From positions 63,690 through 127,689 of the forward strand of contig CAYVLA010000001.1 of the NCBI GenBank assembly GCA_964452145.1: a stretch of DNA of 64,000 nucleotides. Direction: 5' to 3'. Positions 18,257-28,073 of this stretch are shown here, piece after piece (position 1 is the first letter of the stretch; every line of letters starts with the position of its first letter). Origin of the DNA: Candidatus Hadarchaeota archaeon (GTDB taxonomy: Archaea > CAYQAE01 > CAYVLA01). The notes under the pieces are model-generated. The model ran no database searches. It saw only the letters and a list, made by a program, of their open reading frames with translations, and was not told where the DNA came from. Position numbers and translations under genes: made by a program.

Positions 18257-19611
18257 AGGGGATATCCACCCCTCATCATCTTCTTCATCGCCCGTCCCCG
18301 GAATCTGCGACTTCTGCCAAGGCCCTTCATCATCTTCTTCATGGTGTCGTACTGCTTGAGGAGTTCTCGCACCTCTTGCTCGCTGGAACCAGATCCCCTG
18401 GCGATCCTGTGTATCCTGCCGCTATTCAGGATCTTGGGGTTCCTCAACTCCTCCCTGCTCATCGAGTTCATGATGATCTTGAACTTCTGCAGCTTCTCTT
18501 CGCCCACTTTGACTGCCTCGTCTGGGAGCGTATAGCCCATGCCCGGGATCATCTGCAGTATCTTCTTGAAGGGCCCCATTCCCTGAAGCATCTCAAGCTG
18601 CTTGTACATGTCCTCCAAGCTGAACTTGCCTTCGAGAAATTTGTACACTGACTCCTCCGTGATCTCCTCCTGACGAGTCGCTTCCTCGAACTTCGATATG
18701 AGCGACGCTATGTCACCCATTCCCAGAAGTCTGCCGACAAAGGCCTTAGGATCGAAGGGTTCCAGGTCTTCTATGGTCTCGCCGACCCCAAGGAACTTGA
18801 TTGGGGCTCCGGTTTCGGCGCAGGCGGATAGAGCCCCTCCCCCCTTTGCGCTGCCGTCGAGTTTGGTGACAAGTATCGACCCGATATCCGTGGCCTGCTT
18901 GAAGGCGCTGGCTTGGGACCTTGCTTGCTGGCCCAGAGTCGCATCTATCACCAGTATGATCTCATGGGGCCTTATGGCTTGTGCTATCTCCTGCATTTCC
19001 TTGATGAGGCCGGTCTCCTCCTTGTGTCGGCCCGCCGTATCCACGAGTATGAGGTCATATTGCTTCTCGGAGAAGAACTTGACACCCGATCGGGCAAGAT
19101 GCGCCGCGTCCTTTTGCGTCGCGTCGCCAAGAACCGGTATGCCGTGGCCTTCAGCCAACATCTCCAGCTGCTTGAGCGCCGCCGGCCTCCAGGTGTCCGA
19201 GCAGACTATGGCGGTCTTCCTTCCCCTCTTCTGGAAGTATCTCGCGAGCTTCGCCGTGGTAGTCGTCTTGCCCGACCCCTGGATCCCGACCAGCATAACG
19301 ACTGTGCTCTGACGTCCCGCGGCGAATGCAAGGCCCTTCGCCTCCCTCCCCAGGAAGTCTGCGAGCTCCTCGTAGACGATGTTCACGACGTGATGCCTCT
19401 TGGTGATCCCGGGGGGAGGCTGCTCCCCAAGCGCTCGCTGCTCGATTCTCTTGGTCAACTGCCCCACGAGCTGGACGTTGACATCGGCCAGAAGCAGCGC
19501 TCGTTGTATGTCCTGTTTCAGCTGGCGGACCGTTTCGGCGTCGATACTTGCGGAGCCCGTGAGCTTCGCCAGGGCATTGTGAAGTGACCTTCCGAGACTA
19601 TCAAGAACCAC
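18253..19611 (-). CDS. srp54: Signal recognition particle protein SRP54
   Basis: GIQGSGKTTT, DTAGRH, TKLDGSAKGGGALS and a Met-rich M domain with RIARGSG. Confidence 0.97.
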   Translation of the reverse strand: MVLDSLGRSLHNALAKLTGSASIDAETVRQLKQDIQRALLLADVNVQLVGQLTKRIEQRALGEQPPPGITKRHHVVNIVYEELADFLGREAKGLAFAAGRQSTVVMLVGIQGSGKTTTTAKLARYFQKRGRKTAIVCSDTWRPAALKQLEMLAEGHGIPVLGDATQKDAAHLARSGVKFFSEKQYDLILVDTAGRHKEETGLIKEMQEIAQAIRPHEIILVIDATLGQQARSQASAFKQATDIGSILVTKLDGSAKGGGALSACAETGAPIKFLGVGETIEDLEPFDPKAFVGRLLGMGDIASLISKFEEATRQEEITEESVYKFLEGKFSLEDMYKQLEMLQGMGPFKKILQMIPGMGYTLPDEAVKVGEEKLQKFKIIMNSMSREELRNPKILNSGRIHRIARGSGSSEQEVRELLKQYDTMKKMMKGLGRSRRFRGRAMKKMMRGGYPL

Positions 19612-19856
19612 TGTCCATCAACACGTCTTGCCCGAGCCATCGCGAGAATAGCTTGAAAACTTTTCCCCGTCAGTCCTGTCCTGTCCGTCCCCCTCGGCTG
19701 TCTGGTGGCCTATCGAAGGACCCGCACTCATGCCGACCGGTCGCGAGTGGGGGCCAGTCCACCCTTCCGGAATTGCGTAGAAATCACGGGTACCGGGACC
19801 TGAACATGCCAATCTTGCCGGTCCGCTCACTTCTCCTAGGTGACGGTCTGTTTGTC

Positions 19857-20036
19857 CTAGTAGTAGGTCTTTCTGGATTGAACGGCCTGATTTATCTTTC
19901 GATCCACCTCCCGGATCATCTGGGAGGCAACGACGTCGAAGTTCTCTCGGACGATCTGGATCACCAGGTTCTTGAAGAGTGGGTCGACCCTCATCTTTGC
20001 AAGAATGTTGCGATAGTCCTGTTCCGTGACGGGCAA
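19857..20036 (-). CDS. Small hypothetical helical protein (~59 aa)
   Basis: PVTEQDYRNILAKMRVDPLFKNLVIQIVRENFDVVASQMIREVDRKINQAVQSRKTYY. GTGGTGG RBS-like sequence and an upstream AAAAAGACTTATAT BRE/TATA-like element. Confidence 0.6.
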   Translation of the reverse strand: MPVTEQDYRNILAKMRVDPLFKNLVIQIVRENFDVVASQMIREVDRKINQAVQSRKTYY

Positions 20037-20133
20037 GTTCGCGAACCACCACACGAAACTTCGGTGGGAACGGTGGGCTCAGGATCATATAAGTCTTTTT
20101 GCGGGCATGACGATGAGCGGCCCACGACCGCTG

Positions 20134-21042
20134 CTACCCGTCCTTGAATAGTAGATCCACCAACCACTCCGATGAAAACTCCTGGAGGTCCCCGTATCCC
20201 TGGCCGACGCCGAGGTAGAGGATTGGCTTGTGTGTGGTGTATGCAACCGAGACGGCTGCACCCCCCTTCGCGTCGGCATCCGCCTTGGTCAGGATAACCC
20301 CGGTGATGTTGCATGCATCGTTAAACTCCTTCACCTGCTGGATGATATCATTCCCGGCAAGGGCGTCACCGACGAAGATCACACAATCCGGGTGGTTGAC
20401 ACGCACCACCTTCCGCATCTCGTCCATGAGATTGATGTTCGTGTGAACCCTGCCGGCAGTATCGGCCAGGACGACGTCCATGCCCTTTGACTTCGCATGC
20501 AGCACCGCGTCGTAGACGACGGCCGCGCTGTCGGAACCCCTCTTCTGCTTCACCATCTTGACGTTGAGTCTGTCGGCATGATACTCTAGTTGCTCTATCG
20601 CCGCGGCCCGGTACGTATCGCTTGCTGCGATGACGCAGCTGAAACCCTTGTCCATGAGGAGCCTGGCGATCTTGGCTATCGTCGTGGTCTTGCCCGTACC
20701 ATTGTAGCCCACGAAGAGGATGAGGAAAGGCCGGCCTTCCTTCTTGGCCCGCTCGGCCTCTCCGAGCAGGGAGTATGTCTGCGTACCGAGGACCTCCCTG
20801 ATCGCCGATCGTACGGATTCTCTAGCGACCATCGGCACGTTTGTGGTAGGCGTATAGCTTCTGCCCGTCAGAGCTTCCCTAGTCTCCTGAATGATGCGGT
20901 CGGCAACGTCCAAAGCAACGTCGCTTTCAAGCAGGCCGGTCTCCAGGTCCGACAGTATGTCATCTATGTCCTTCTCGCTCAGTGCCCGCCCCGTCAGCTG
21001 CTTCGTGAATCTGGATACTCGTGTCCGCAGTCTCTCGAACAA
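20134..21042 (-). CDS. ftsY: SRP receptor FtsY
   Basis: GYNGTGKTTT, DTYRAAAIEQL, DTAGR and TKADADAKGG motifs. Confidence 0.96.
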   Translation of the reverse strand: MFERLRTRVSRFTKQLTGRALSEKDIDDILSDLETGLLESDVALDVADRIIQETREALTGRSYTPTTNVPMVARESVRSAIREVLGTQTYSLLGEAERAKKEGRPFLILFVGYNGTGKTTTIAKIARLLMDKGFSCVIAASDTYRAAAIEQLEYHADRLNVKMVKQKRGSDSAAVVYDAVLHAKSKGMDVVLADTAGRVHTNINLMDEMRKVVRVNHPDCVIFVGDALAGNDIIQQVKEFNDACNITGVILTKADADAKGGAAVSVAYTTHKPILYLGVGQGYGDLQEFSSEWLVDLLFKDG

Positions 21043-21064
21043 TCTCCCACCCAGTGAGATGGGC

Positions 21065-21511
21065 TCATGTCGCAGCCTGGCTCTCGGAGAGCTCCTTGTA
21101 GAGTTGCTGCCAGCGTGGCACAGATTGATCCAATCGCCCCGATATCTCCTCGATCGCTTCCCTAGTCTTCTTGATGACCGATTCCAGCTGCTGGGCCCTC
21201 ATGTCAACTACTGCCTTGGCCTCATCGACGTCCTTATCGACGGAGAAGCCAGATCCAACCCCAATGAGCACCCTGTCGTTCTGCTTCAGTATGGCCTTCA
21301 CGAAGGAACCCGTACCAAGTGGTATCAGGACCTCCCGGCCCACGTCGGTCTTCTTCAGCTGTTCCAGCGTCTCGAGAGTCTGCCTCGTCTCCGAGAGGGA
21401 CACCGCGAGGATCTCGAGGTTCTGGTTGTGGGCATTCACTTGGCTCTGAAGAAGTTCGATCTCGTTCGCTAGTCGACTCAGCTCCTGTTGCTTCTCCTCC
21501 ACTTCACTCAC
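21065..21511 (-). CDS. pfdA: Prefoldin alpha subunit
   Basis: Coiled coils flanking the LIPLGTGSFV and VLIGVGSG hairpins. Conserved position in the operon. Confidence 0.93.
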   Translation of the reverse strand: MSEVEEKQQELSRLANEIELLQSQVNAHNQNLEILAVSLSETRQTLETLEQLKKTDVGREVLIPLGTGSFVKAILKQNDRVLIGVGSGFSVDKDVDEAKAVVDMRAQQLESVIKKTREAIEEISGRLDQSVPRWQQLYKELSESQAAT

Positions 21512-21743
21512 CCGCCATGTATCTGACCACCGGGTCCTTCGCCTCCTCGGGAGGTATCTCCTCGATGTTCTCTATCACGATCCGGTTCCGCTTAACCCTG
21601 TGTTTGCTGCCGAACTCCGAGTATACCTTCTCCCTTGCATCCTCGGGCTTCATCGACATCGTCTCGATCGCGAAGGGTTGCATGTGGTCCCGGCACAGGA
21701 ACTTCCCCTTTACCCGGTAGATCTTAGGAGTTGTGTCGCCCAT
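21504..21743 (-). CDS. rpl18a: 50S ribosomal protein L18Ae (LX/eL20)
   Basis: YRVKG, AREKVYSEFGSKHRVKRNRI and IEEI motifs. Confidence 0.93.
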   Translation of the reverse strand: MGDTTPKIYRVKGKFLCRDHMQPFAIETMSMKPEDAREKVYSEFGSKHRVKRNRIVIENIEEIPPEEAKDPVVRYMAGE

Positions 21744-21747
21744 CTGA

Positions 21748-22422
21748 TCACCATGTTGTGCCTTCAAAAGCTTCTTGTATCATTCCCATTTCTATGCCAG
21801 TTGTGGGAATCCCTGCCACCACTCCCTTGGAGTTGGCCAGAATGCAGGTTCCCACGTATTCAACGCCCAGGTTGGCAGTGCCTCTCTGTGCCTCGACCTG
21901 GAGGGTCTCATTGATTAGTTTGACCTCCTCGTCCGCGGCGTTGGGTGAAACGATGGCCCCGGAGTTCGTGGCACAGCACAGCGACCCTACGATGCCCAGG
22001 TTGCTGATGGTGCCCTTCCTCACCTCCACCTCCAGGGCCCTGGAGATGGCCCGGACCTCAGCAGTTCCGTAGACTCGCGCCACAACCGCTCCCCTGTCAT
22101 TTGCGAGGATGAGGTTCCCCAGGGCGTTGTACTTAGTATCAAGCATGCTTGGCTCCTTGTTCAAGGCTGCCGATATGGTCTCGACCTCGTGCCGCGTCAT
22201 GTCCATGGGCAGCAGGATTCCGTTCGAATTCGCTGCAACCATGGTGCCGATCAGTTCCGTACCACCTACCGTTGCCTCAACCGGCATGGCGCCGAGAACC
22301 CGGGACATCTCCTTGACCATCTTGGCCGGGGCACCCGGGGGTATCAACAGATGCGAATCCGTGGCGCAGGCAAAGATGCCTAGATAGGGGTTTCCGTTGA
22401 GATGTCCTCTCATGTAATGCAT
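21748..22422 (-). CDS. eif6: Translation initiation factor 6
   Basis: GNPYLGIF, ANSNG, LGNLILAND.GA, GTAN.G and ANSKG repeats. Confidence 0.95.
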   Translation of the reverse strand: MHYMRGHLNGNPYLGIFACATDSHLLIPPGAPAKMVKEMSRVLGAMPVEATVGGTELIGTMVAANSNGILLPMDMTRHEVETISAALNKEPSMLDTKYNALGNLILANDRGAVVARVYGTAEVRAISRALEVEVRKGTISNLGIVGSLCCATNSGAIVSPNAADEEVKLINETLQVEAQRGTANLGVEYVGTCILANSKGVVAGIPTTGIEMGMIQEAFEGTTW

Positions 22423-22430
22423 CGAGGCAC

Positions 22431-22703
22431 CTATTCCGCTAGGGAAACCCTGAAGACGGCTTCCTCCTCTTCCTCTTCCTTCTCCTCTTCCTCTGTCACC
22501 TTCACCCGGATCCTGGATGGGATGTGCTCAATGCCCCTCTGCCAGATCTTGTTATTCACCGACTCGTCGATTATGAAGGCATCGGTCTTAAGGTGTCGCT
22601 CTAGGAAGGCTCGCAGCTCCCTCATGGCGGTTGGTGCCCTTCTGTACGCAGCCTTCTTCTTCGCGTTCCTCAGTGGAACCACGTAGATTCTCTCTTCGGG
22701 CAT
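22431..22703 (-). CDS. rpl31e: 50S ribosomal protein L31e
   Basis: ERIYVVPLR, RRAPTAM and IWQRGIEHIPSRIRV motifs. Confidence 0.95.
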   Translation of the reverse strand: MPEERIYVVPLRNAKKKAAYRRAPTAMRELRAFLERHLKTDAFIIDESVNNKIWQRGIEHIPSRIRVKVTEEEEKEEEEEEAVFRVSLAE

Positions 22704-22715
22704 GTCATCCGCCTC

Positions 22716-22871
22716 CTAGACTTTGAGTCTCCCCCTTCGCCAGAACCGCATCTTTGGGTGTCTTCTCACCCGTCTTGCGGTCTTCATGATCACCCAGACG
22801 GGCACCCTTCGAGTTCGGCGCTGAGCTTTCGCCAGCCTGGTCTTCTTGGGTCGGGATCTGTGCCTTGACAA
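22716..22871 (-). CDS. rpl39e: 50S ribosomal protein L39e (below the ORF-track size cutoff)
   Basis: Hand translation: [51 protein letters not shown], 51 aa, canonical position. Confidence 0.95.
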   Translation of the reverse strand: MSRHRSRPKKTRLAKAQRRTRRVPVWVIMKTARRVRRHPKMRFWRRGRLKV

Positions 22872-22880
22872 TGAACCATC

Positions 22881-23216
22881 TCACATCCGTCTTATCCTTG
22901 TCGTCCGCGACCGTTGCTGGGCGAGCTGGCGAAGGATCTCTTTCAACTGAGCATCGGTCACCTTGCCCCTCAGCTTTCCCGCCTGAGCCAAACCTATCAG
23001 CTGCATCTCGATGGAGTCCACGTATTCCGGCCGTGACAGCCGAAGGTTGGTGAGCCTACTTCGTGCCTCTGGGGTCAGAATCGAACGCAGAACAAGCTGC
23101 TTCTGGATCTGCGCGTTCTGCTCTGCGCTCTGCCTGCCCTTCTCCTCCTCCAGTCTCTTCTGAAGCTCGGCGAGTTTCCTCTGCCTTATCTCGTCGATAT
23201 CCTCCATCGAACTCAC
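22881..23216 (-). CDS. PDCD5-like dsDNA-binding protein
   Basis: DEIRQRKLAEL, ILTPEARSRL, VDSIEMQLI and ITD-like LKEIL motifs. Confidence 0.93.
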   Translation of the reverse strand: MSSMEDIDEIRQRKLAELQKRLEEEKGRQSAEQNAQIQKQLVLRSILTPEARSRLTNLRLSRPEYVDSIEMQLIGLAQAGKLRGKVTDAQLKEILRQLAQQRSRTTRIRRM

Positions 23217-23632
23217 CGTGCAGCGATCTCCCGAGCGAGACCATCCAGAAGCGACCTGCCCTTTGGGCTAATCACCCTGCCTTCCTTGTCGGTTCTCTCA
23301 ACAAGACCCGCCGCCTCCAGTTGCTGGCAGATCCTCCTTTGTATGCTGCCGCTTCCCTTCGCGAAGTGTGGAGGCTTGGTTCCGACATCCTTTCTGCCGC
23401 CGTACTTGGTTCTGAGCCTCTCCACGCCAACGGGTCCGCCCTTGTATATGGTGCGAAGGATGGCTGCTGCCCTAGTGTGCCACCAGTTCGGATCATCCGG
23501 CAAACGTTCCTTGTGGACGCCGGTCTTCACATACGCCGCCCAGTCCGGAGGCTGGAGCTCAGGATAGCCACTGAGCTTCTCGGAAAGAAGCTTGATCAAC
23601 GTATCTGGTTTGACGTCAAAAGCGGTGGTCAA
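23213..23632 (-). CDS. rps19e: 30S ribosomal protein S19e
   Basis: PPDWAAYVKTG.HKER.P, WWHTRAAAILR, YGG, GSGSI.R and GR.ISPKGRSLLD motifs. Confidence 0.96.
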   Translation of the reverse strand: MTTAFDVKPDTLIKLLSEKLSGYPELQPPDWAAYVKTGVHKERLPDDPNWWHTRAAAILRTIYKGGPVGVERLRTKYGGRKDVGTKPPHFAKGSGSIQRRICQQLEAAGLVERTDKEGRVISPKGRSLLDGLAREIAAR

Positions 23633-23662
23633 GATGACCAGCCCAAGCACGAAGGTTGGCCT

Positions 23663-23980
23663 CTAGGGCCCCTTAGGCCTCCGAGCGGATTTATCTTTAT
23701 ATATCTTTCCTGTGGCACTCGGATGGGGCCTAAAGAGGCTTGCGGTGTTTCCTCGTTCCATCACAAGCTCGGAGAGCGTTTCTTTAGCCAATTGAGATAT
23801 CATTTGGCCTTTTTTGCTTCTGTCCGAGTTGCGAAGGAACCTGACCTTGACGATCTCGTGGGCTTCGAGGAGACGATCCAGCTCCTGAATGACGCCCTGG
23901 TTCAGGTTCTCCCTACCGACCAGAAGAAGGGGCTTCAACCCCACTGCCTTCTTCCTCAGATCCCTCCGGGCAGCTCTCAA
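23663..23980 (-). CDS. yhbY: YhbY/CRM-domain RNA-binding protein
   Basis: LKPLLLVG, L..HEIVKV and RGNTASLFR motifs. Confidence 0.85.
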   Translation of the reverse strand: MRAARRDLRKKAVGLKPLLLVGRENLNQGVIQELDRLLEAHEIVKVRFLRNSDRSKKGQMISQLAKETLSELVMERGNTASLFRPHPSATGKIYKDKSARRPKGP

Positions 23981-23990
23981 CTTTCCACAC

Positions 23991-24791
23991 CTAGATCAAG
24001 GCGTTCTGCAGGGCTCTTCTGCACGAGCAGGGCCGGTCATCGGAGATGCGCGGGATCACGTCGGCAAGAAGGCGTTTCACCTTGCCTATGTTCTCCCTCA
24101 TCGTTCTAACCACTTCCTCGTTGTCCACGGTTCTGCCGGTCATCCAGCAATCGTAGTCGGTAACCATGGCCATCGTTGCGTAGCACATCTGCGCCTCTCG
24201 GGCAAGAACGCATTCCGGATACATGGTCATGCCGATTACAGAAGCCTGCCAGGACCGAAAGAGATTCGATTCGGCCCTAGTCGAGAACCGGGGTCCTTGA
24301 ACGCACACATACGTGCCGTTGAGGTGGAAGGGGAGGCCAAGAGCTTGGGCCCTCTCATTCAGTAACCCGTGCAGATAGGGGCATACCGGGTCGGCCGTCG
24401 AGACATGGCAGACCTGTCCTCCGTCGTAGAAGGTGTCCTTTCTCCCGCTGGTTCGGTCTATGAACTGGTCCACGAAGACCAGATCCCCAGGGGCGCAGAC
24501 TTCCTGTAGGCTGCCAACCGCTGCAGATGATAGGATGGTGCTCACGCCCAGCTCCCTGAGGGCCCAGATGTTGGCCCTGTAGTTAACCGCATGGGGCGGA
24601 ATTGAGTGATGGCGACCATGTCTGGGCATGAAGGCAACCCGTTCTCCGTGGAATTCCCCGATCTGAACCAGATCTGAGGGAGCTCCATAGGGAGTGTAGA
24701 TCTTCCTTTCGACAACCTTGCCAAAGAGGGCGGGATCGTAGACGCCGGTCCCGCCGATGATTGCCATCCGGCAGGTCACGGAATCCGACAT
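23991..24791 (-). CDS. mtnP: S-methyl-5'-thioadenosine phosphorylase
   Basis: IIGGTG, TPYGAPS, RHG..H..PP..VNYRANI, GPRFSTRAES, GMT and VTDYD motifs. Confidence 0.93.
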   Translation of the reverse strand: MSDSVTCRMAIIGGTGVYDPALFGKVVERKIYTPYGAPSDLVQIGEFHGERVAFMPRHGRHHSIPPHAVNYRANIWALRELGVSTILSSAAVGSLQEVCAPGDLVFVDQFIDRTSGRKDTFYDGGQVCHVSTADPVCPYLHGLLNERAQALGLPFHLNGTYVCVQGPRFSTRAESNLFRSWQASVIGMTMYPECVLAREAQMCYATMAMVTDYDCWMTGRTVDNEEVVRTMRENIGKVKRLLADVIPRISDDRPCSCRRALQNALI

Positions 24792-24875
24792 ATGCTCACG
24801 AAGTCAACCAGCTCCAGCTACCTAAAATAGGTTTTCCGGAAGGGGACCAGCCCGGCCGAACATGCAGCAGAGTTC

Positions 24876-25904
24876 CTAGGCGACCTTTCTCGACGCTTGC
24901 GTCCTGGCCGACTCGAGCAAGCCGCAGATCGTGCGAGTGACCCACAAGCCGTCTTGGCCCGTCACCAAGGGTTCCTGGCCGTCCAGCACACAGTCGACGA
25001 AATGCCAAATGCTGGCCCGGACGAAGCCCAACTGCCTTCCATGAAGTTCGTATGCTCCAAGCACGTCCGGGTTCTCCCGCCTCTGAGTTGTGTATTTCTC
25101 AACGAGGCTGCTGTGGCTTGCGTTGACGTTGAAGCTTCCCCTTTCCCCCACGAACTGTAGATATAGATCGTAAACTGCAGGATGGGTTTCAGGGAGGATC
25201 CAGCAGTTCTCGATGCTGGCCACAGCACCGGAACGGAACTGTATGATGCTCTGGTAAAAATCCGGGGTGTCGATCCCCATAGACGAGAGAACCCCCGAAC
25301 CCGAGACGGCGTAAACTTCCGTCGGGTCGCTGCCCAGAATCCATCTGCAGAGGTCAACCACGTGGCTACCGAGGAACCATAGGACGTTTGATCTCTGAGC
25401 CCAGGCGAGCATCTTGGTTGGGACGTAGATAGTGTCGTTGAGCCTTGTCTGAACGAACCTTGGCGACCCCATCTCACCTTGGTCTATGGCTCGCTTAAGC
25501 GAGACGAAGGGAGGCGACCACCGGTTATGAAAGTCCACCATGAGCACCGAACCGGATCTTCTGAAGGCCGAGAGGATGGCGCTGGCGTCCTCCACCGTTG
25601 TGGCCATCGGCTTTTCAAGCAGCACCCCCAGACCGGATTCCGCGGCACAGACGGCAGGATCGAGGTGCAGGAAGTCAGGGGTGGCGATCGACACAGCATC
25701 CAAGTCGCCCTTCTGAATCATATCGGCATAGTCGGCATAGTAGTCGCAGCCATATCTGGTTGCGAGCTGCGTCCCCCTTCCCCGGTCGACGTCGCAGACT
25801 GCTGCCAGCTTGGATCTGTGGTATGTCGCATAGGCCTCGGCGTGAACCGATCCAAATGTTCCTACGCCGACTACGCCGACATTTAGGACCTTCCCCGTCC
25901 CCAT
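24876..25904 (-). CDS. Gfo/Idh/MocA family NAD(P)-dependent oxidoreductase
   Basis: GVGTFG, ATPDFLH, LEKPMA and SHVVDL motifs. Confidence 0.9.
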   Translation of the reverse strand: MGTGKVLNVGVVGVGTFGSVHAEAYATYHRSKLAAVCDVDRGRGTQLATRYGCDYYADYADMIQKGDLDAVSIATPDFLHLDPAVCAAESGLGVLLEKPMATTVEDASAILSAFRRSGSVLMVDFHNRWSPPFVSLKRAIDQGEMGSPRFVQTRLNDTIYVPTKMLAWAQRSNVLWFLGSHVVDLCRWILGSDPTEVYAVSGSGVLSSMGIDTPDFYQSIIQFRSGAVASIENCWILPETHPAVYDLYLQFVGERGSFNVNASHSSLVEKYTTQRRENPDVLGAYELHGRQLGFVRASIWHFVDCVLDGQEPLVTGQDGLWVTRTICGLLESARTQASRKVA

Positions 25905-25910
25905 CCCTCC

Positions 25911-27269
25911 TCATGTCTTGCATAAGCTGCTCTCAACGACCCGGGCGGTATCCTCGCTCAGTGCCTCGGCTTCCTTTCGAGTCTCGGCTTCGCAGATGAC
26001 CCTCACGATTGGTTCGGTGCCTGACTTCCTAACGTAGATCCAACTTGACCCGCGCATGACCCGTATGCCGTCGGTTAGATCTATCCGTTCTCCCTCAAAG
26101 TGTTTTCTGACCTCCTCTAGCAGCATCTTCGACCGGGCGGCATCACACGGGATGCTCCTCTTCACCATGTAGTATCGGGGCAGCTCTCTGGTCAGATCGG
26201 TGAGCTTCCCACCGGACTGGCACAATCCCTGCAGGATCAAGGCCATCGCCGCCGGTCCATCCCTGGCGTACTGGATGGCGGGATTGATGACGCCTCCGTT
26301 GCCCTCGCCCCCTATGACTGCCCCGACCTCCTTCATCTTCTCAACGACATGAACCTCGCCAACCGCCGACCTGCTGTGGGGACAGCCGTACTTCTCTGCG
26401 ATGTCCTCGACGGCCTTGGTTGTTGCGACATTGGTGACGACCGGGCCCCTCCTCTGCTGAAGAACGAACTCAGTTGCCAAGGCGATGGAATACTCCTCAC
26501 CCAAAGCGACGCCCTTCTCGGTCACGATCGAGATGCGATCCCCGTCGGGGTCCGTCGCGAAGCCGATATCCGCCCCGCTCTCAACGACGCGGCGGCACAG
26601 ATCCTTCAGGTTCGCTGCCGTTGGTTCGGGCCCCCTGGGAAAAGTGCCAGTAGCATCACAGTTGACGGGGATGGCTTCGCAGCCGAGCCTTTCCAGGAGG
26701 AGCTTGAGGATGCCGGAAGATGCGCTGTTGCAGCAATCGATTGCCACGGAAGGTGCTCTAGCTGAGATTGCACGGGCATCCGTGGCTTGGAGGATGTGTT
26801 CTGCGTGCCGATGGGCCCCGTCAGGGACGTCGACAACCTCACCGACCCCATCCCACCGGGCGTATCGGACTTCCTTGGTCCGGTATGTCCGGATCAGCTT
26901 CCTGCCTTGTTGACCATTCAGGAAGACTCCCGTGCGATCGATGAACTTCATGGCGTTCCACTCGATGGGATTGTGGGACGCCGTGATGGCAATGCCGCCG
27001 TCCGCGCCGCGGCTCCAGACCGAGAACTGTATCGTGGGCGTCGTCGCTATTCCCAGGTCCAAGACCCTGCACCCCGCTGCCTGAAGGCCCGCGGCCACGG
27101 CGTCTCTCATCATCCTCCCCGATATCCGGGCATCCCGTCCTATGACGACCGTCCCACCCGTGCAGTATGTGCCGAAGGCTGCCGAAAACCTTGAGACGAT
27201 GTCCGGGGTCAGTGCCTCGCCCACGATGCCCCTGACGCCCGAAACGCTGATCATGAGGGAATCCAACAT
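25911..27269 (-). CDS. glmM: Phosphoglucosamine mutase / alpha-D-phosphohexomutase
   Basis: SGVRG, TASHNP, DPDGDR, GGEGNGG and RKSGTEP motifs. GlmM specificity inferred from context. Confidence 0.82.
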   Translation of the reverse strand: MLDSLMISVSGVRGIVGEALTPDIVSRFSAAFGTYCTGGTVVIGRDARISGRMMRDAVAAGLQAAGCRVLDLGIATTPTIQFSVWSRGADGGIAITASHNPIEWNAMKFIDRTGVFLNGQQGRKLIRTYRTKEVRYARWDGVGEVVDVPDGAHRHAEHILQATDARAISARAPSVAIDCCNSASSGILKLLLERLGCEAIPVNCDATGTFPRGPEPTAANLKDLCRRVVESGADIGFATDPDGDRISIVTEKGVALGEEYSIALATEFVLQQRRGPVVTNVATTKAVEDIAEKYGCPHSRSAVGEVHVVEKMKEVGAVIGGEGNGGVINPAIQYARDGPAAMALILQGLCQSGGKLTDLTRELPRYYMVKRSIPCDAARSKMLLEEVRKHFEGERIDLTDGIRVMRGSSWIYVRKSGTEPIVRVICEAETRKEAEALSEDTARVVESSLCKT

Positions 27270-27320
27270 CTCACCCGGCAGGCCTGTCGATGATCGACCC
27301 TCGAAAACTGAAAAAGGTGA

Positions 27321-28073
27321 TCACTCCCCATCAAAGGATGCCGAGACCTGCGAGGGGATTCGTGTGAAGGTCGCCCCTTCTGGTCCCAAGCCGACCGAGT
27401 CCAGCAAGGAGGGCAATTGCCTCAGCGAGTCCAGGACCTCCTTGGCACCGTGTTTTGTCAACTCATCAGCGGGCAGGGTGCGCAGTCGTTCGGTGAACCT
27501 GAGCACAGCTATGCCTGTCAAACCCGCAGCGGCCGCGGCAACCATATCGCTGGAATCATCGCCAACATAAAAGCCTCGATTACACCCGAGATCGCGCACG
27601 CAACCAATCAGCTTGTCCGGAGCCGGCTTGGCTCTCCCAGGGCTCTCGCGCCCCCACACGGCCCGGAGAAACCTCCAAATCCGGAATCTTCGCGCCGTTG
27701 CCCGGATCACTCTGATGGAATTCGAGCTGACGACCCCTATGCCGTAGCCGCTCTGGTTCAGCTGATCAAGAACCTCCTTGGCCCCCGGCAGAAGGATTGT
27801 CCTGCCCAGAGCCTCATACTCGCCCGCGGCCATGGCCTGATCCAGGAGTCTTCTCACGCTTCCCTCTTCCCCACGGTCCCTGAGGTGGCGGTCGACGATC
27901 TTGGTGTACGAACGAAAAGAGCCCTCAGCCGGATTCACAAAGCCTTCCAGTCCGACTGAGCGTGTCGCACGAAGGAGATGCTCGAGCATGATCCGCCTAT
28001 CCAACTTCAGGTCGACCAAGGTCAAGTCATAGTCGAAGACAACGCATGTCTCACGGATGTCTGGAGTTGCCAT
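27321..28073 (-). CDS. HAD-IA family hydrolase (phosphoglycolate phosphatase-like)
   Basis: FDYDLTL, VSSN, KPAP and VGDDSSDM motifs. AAGGAAGGAG RBS before ATG 28073. Confidence 0.85.
   Translation of the reverse strand: MATPDIRETCVVFDYDLTLVDLKLDRRIMLEHLLRATRSVGLEGFVNPAEGSFRSYTKIVDRHLRDRGEEGSVRRLLDQAMAAGEYEALGRTILLPGAKEVLDQLNQSGYGIGVVSSNSIRVIRATARRFRIWRFLRAVWGRESPGRAKPAPDKLIGCVRDLGCNRGFYVGDDSSDMVAAAAAGLTGIAVLRFTERLRTLPADELTKHGAKEVLDSLRQLPSLLDSVGLGPEGATFTRIPSQVSASFDGE

Noticed and set aside
19612..19856. Possible SRP (7S) RNA upstream of srp54 (CCGGAAGG on the minus strand)
   Set aside because: The flanking helix-8 consensus (CAGG...AGCA) and the long terminal helix are absent, and the gap is shorter than a typical archaeal 7S RNA.
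22464..22500. Low-complexity TC-rich tract
   Set aside because: It encodes the acidic EEEEKEEEEEE tail of L31e and is not a separate element.
23063..24109. 348-aa plus-strand ORF and similar long antisense ORFs (231-1100, 11895-12995, 14499-15425, 32967-33758)
   Set aside because: Shadow frames opposite well-supported genes, as expected at high GC.
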